Assembly (NCBI GenBank): GCA_964497665.1
Contig: CAZCDF010000001.1
Span: forward strand, 1,957-65,956
Reading direction: 5' to 3'
DNA from: an uncultured Candidatus Planktophila sp.
Lineage (GTDB): Bacteria > Actinomycetota > Actinomycetes > Nanopelagicales > Nanopelagicaceae
DNA length: 64,000 nucleotides
In this document: piece after piece, positions 62,328 to 64,000 of the stretch
How the letters are laid out: each line of letters starts with the position of its first letter
Numbering within the stretch: the first letter of the stretch is position 1
Notes under the pieces: model-generated
Told to the model about the DNA's origin: nothing
The model's database searches: none
The model's input: the letters and a program-made list of their open reading frames with translations, nothing else
Program-made: the position numbers and the translations under genes

Positions 62328-63368
62328 CTAGGCGTCAGATGCGGGTAAGTCGAAAAGCGTGGCAATTTCCGCAGGTGGTGTTCGTCCTATGTGACGCCAA
62401 CCTTGAGCTGTGGCCACCCGGCCACGCGGGGTTCTAGCCATAAATCCATTGCGAACCAGAAAAGGCTCAGCAACAGATTCAACGGTCTCAACCTCTTCGC
62501 CAACAGCGATAGCAAGGGTGGATAGACCTACCGGGCCACCATTGAAACGTTCGATCAGGGCGACCAAAACCGCACGGTCCAACCGATCGAGACCTAACTC
62601 ATCTACCTCATACATCTCCAACGCTGCTTGAGCGCTGGCAAGAGAGATTGTGGATGAGCCCTGCACCTGTGCAAAATCTCGAACACGTCGCAGCAAACGG
62701 TTGGCGATACGCGGTGTGCCTCGTGAACGCCCTGCTACTTCTATGACCGCATCCTTATCAATCACAATTTTTAAAAGTTCGGAGCTTCGAGAAATCACAT
62801 GCGCAATATCTTCTTCATTGTAAAAATCAAGATGCGCCGTAAAGCCGAATCGATCACGTAAAGGACTCGGCAATAAACCCGCTCGAGTTGTTGCTCCTAC
62901 CAAAGTGAAATGCGGAAGTTGCAGAGGAATCGCGGTTGCGCCAGGTCCCTTGCCCACGATTACATCAACTCGAAAATCCTCCATCGCTAAATATAAGAGC
63001 TCTTCGGCCGGGCGTGGCAAGCGATGAATTTCATCAAGAAAGAGAATTTCCCCTTCAACTAATGAGGAAAGAATTGCTGCCAAATCTCCTGCATGAGTAA
63101 TTGCAGGACCGCTTGTAATACGAATCGGTGCTTTCATCTCACTTGCAAGGATCATCGCAAGTGTTGTTTTACCCAAACCTGGCGGGCCCGACAAAAGAAT
63201 GTGATCTGCAGGAGCATTTCGATGTCGAGCAGCGGTTAGCAAAACATCTATTTGTTCCCGAACCCGGTGTTGCCCAACAAAATCAGACAAGGTTTTCGGA
63301 CGCAGCGCATGTTCGAGCGCTGACTCTTCGCTCTTGATCTGCGGCGTTACTAAACGATCATCAGCCAC
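62328..63368 (-). CDS. ruvB: Holliday junction helicase
   Basis: [38 protein letters not shown]; GTG 63368 likely, 63383 alternative. Confidence 0.96.
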   Translation of the reverse strand: MADDRLVTPQIKSEESALEHALRPKTLSDFVGQHRVREQIDVLLTAARHRNAPADHILLSGPPGLGKTTLAMILASEMKAPIRITSGPAITHAGDLAAILSSLVEGEILFLDEIHRLPRPAEELLYLAMEDFRVDVIVGKGPGATAIPLQLPHFTLVGATTRAGLLPSPLRDRFGFTAHLDFYNEEDIAHVISRSSELLKIVIDKDAVIEVAGRSRGTPRIANRLLRRVRDFAQVQGSSTISLASAQAALEMYEVDELGLDRLDRAVLVALIERFNGGPVGLSTLAIAVGEEVETVESVAEPFLVRNGFMARTPRGRVATAQGWRHIGRTPPAEIATLFDLPASDA

Positions 63369-63975
63369 GAGAGCTCTTTCCACTTGCGAGAGACAATTTC
63401 AGCAGTTCACTTAGTTCGAGGGTAGATGCATCAACACCATCGGCTTGCAAGGTTGCGACAACATTTGAGATCGCACCATCTGATTCTTTAGGTGAGAACC
63501 CCAAGGAAACTAAGGCGCTACTTAACTGCTCTCTCCACGCTGGAACATGTCCTCTATGTGGATGTGCGGTAGATAAATCAGAGAGCTTGCCCTTGAGCTC
63601 GAGAATAAGACGCTGTGCGCCTTTTCGCCCTATACCTGGAACCTTCTCAATTACAGCAACATCCTCTTGAGCAATAGCTCTTCCCAGATCTTCGGGAGTT
63701 AAAGCGCCAAGAATAGATAGGGCAACCTTCGGACCTATTCCGGAAACTGTTTGTACAAGTTCAAACAATGATCGAGACTCTTCATTGACAAAGCCGAACA
63801 AGGTCAGCGAGTCCTCACGAACAACCAACGATGTAAAGAGTTGAACCTGGGAACCCAGATTAACCTGAGTTGTAGTTGCTGGAGTCACCAAAACAGTTAA
63901 ACCAAAACCCCCAACCTCAACGATCAGTCGATCGCTTTGAATTGATCTCACACTACCGCTGAGTAAAGAGATCAT
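63361..63975 (-). CDS. ruvA: Holliday junction DNA-binding protein
   Basis: VRED...LFGF, VSGIGPK.AL, VPGIG.K.A.R...EL, AL..LG. Confidence 0.95.
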   Translation of the reverse strand: MISLLSGSVRSIQSDRLIVEVGGFGLTVLVTPATTTQVNLGSQVQLFTSLVVREDSLTLFGFVNEESRSLFELVQTVSGIGPKVALSILGALTPEDLGRAIAQEDVAVIEKVPGIGRKGAQRLILELKGKLSDLSTAHPHRGHVPAWREQLSSALVSLGFSPKESDGAISNVVATLQADGVDASTLELSELLKLSLASGKSSRG

Positions 63976-64000
63976 CTCGACCTCAATTTCTTAATACGAG

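Overview
This is a very densely packed core-genome segment of a streamlined, moderate-GC actinobacterium. Gene order (trmI/RecB-like, metH-PAC2-mshC-SCO1664-DUF3090, hisEG-rpe-rsmB-fmt-def-priA-metK-coaBC-rpoZ-gmk, pyr operon, bldD-like, nusB-efp-aro-mltG-ruvX-alaS, aspS-hisS, DUF349-rel-secFD-ruvBA) and the tiny intergenic spaces suggest freshwater acI/Nanopelagicales (Planktophila-like); this assignment is inference. It holds about 57 CDS, one tRNA-Leu(GAG), a PyrR-type RNA site and one clear intrinsic terminator. No CRISPR array, integrase or transposase is visible. The most unusual items are: (1) an in-frame fusion of the nucleoid protein mIHF/sIHF to guanylate kinase; (2) apt moved out of the secF-rel locus so that it starts 1 nt after a CCA-less tRNA, which could let tRNA 3' processing create its mRNA 5' end; (3) SerB split into separate ACT and catalytic genes; (4) a BldD-like regulator with an intact c-di-GMP motif opposite the pyr operon; (5) pervasive leaderless promoters, including one palindromic -10 shared by two unknown membrane genes; (6) a structured leader ahead of a purine-type NCS2 permease in a nucleobase-salvage-like cluster. 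All product calls come from motif recognition and synteny recalled from memory, not from database searches.
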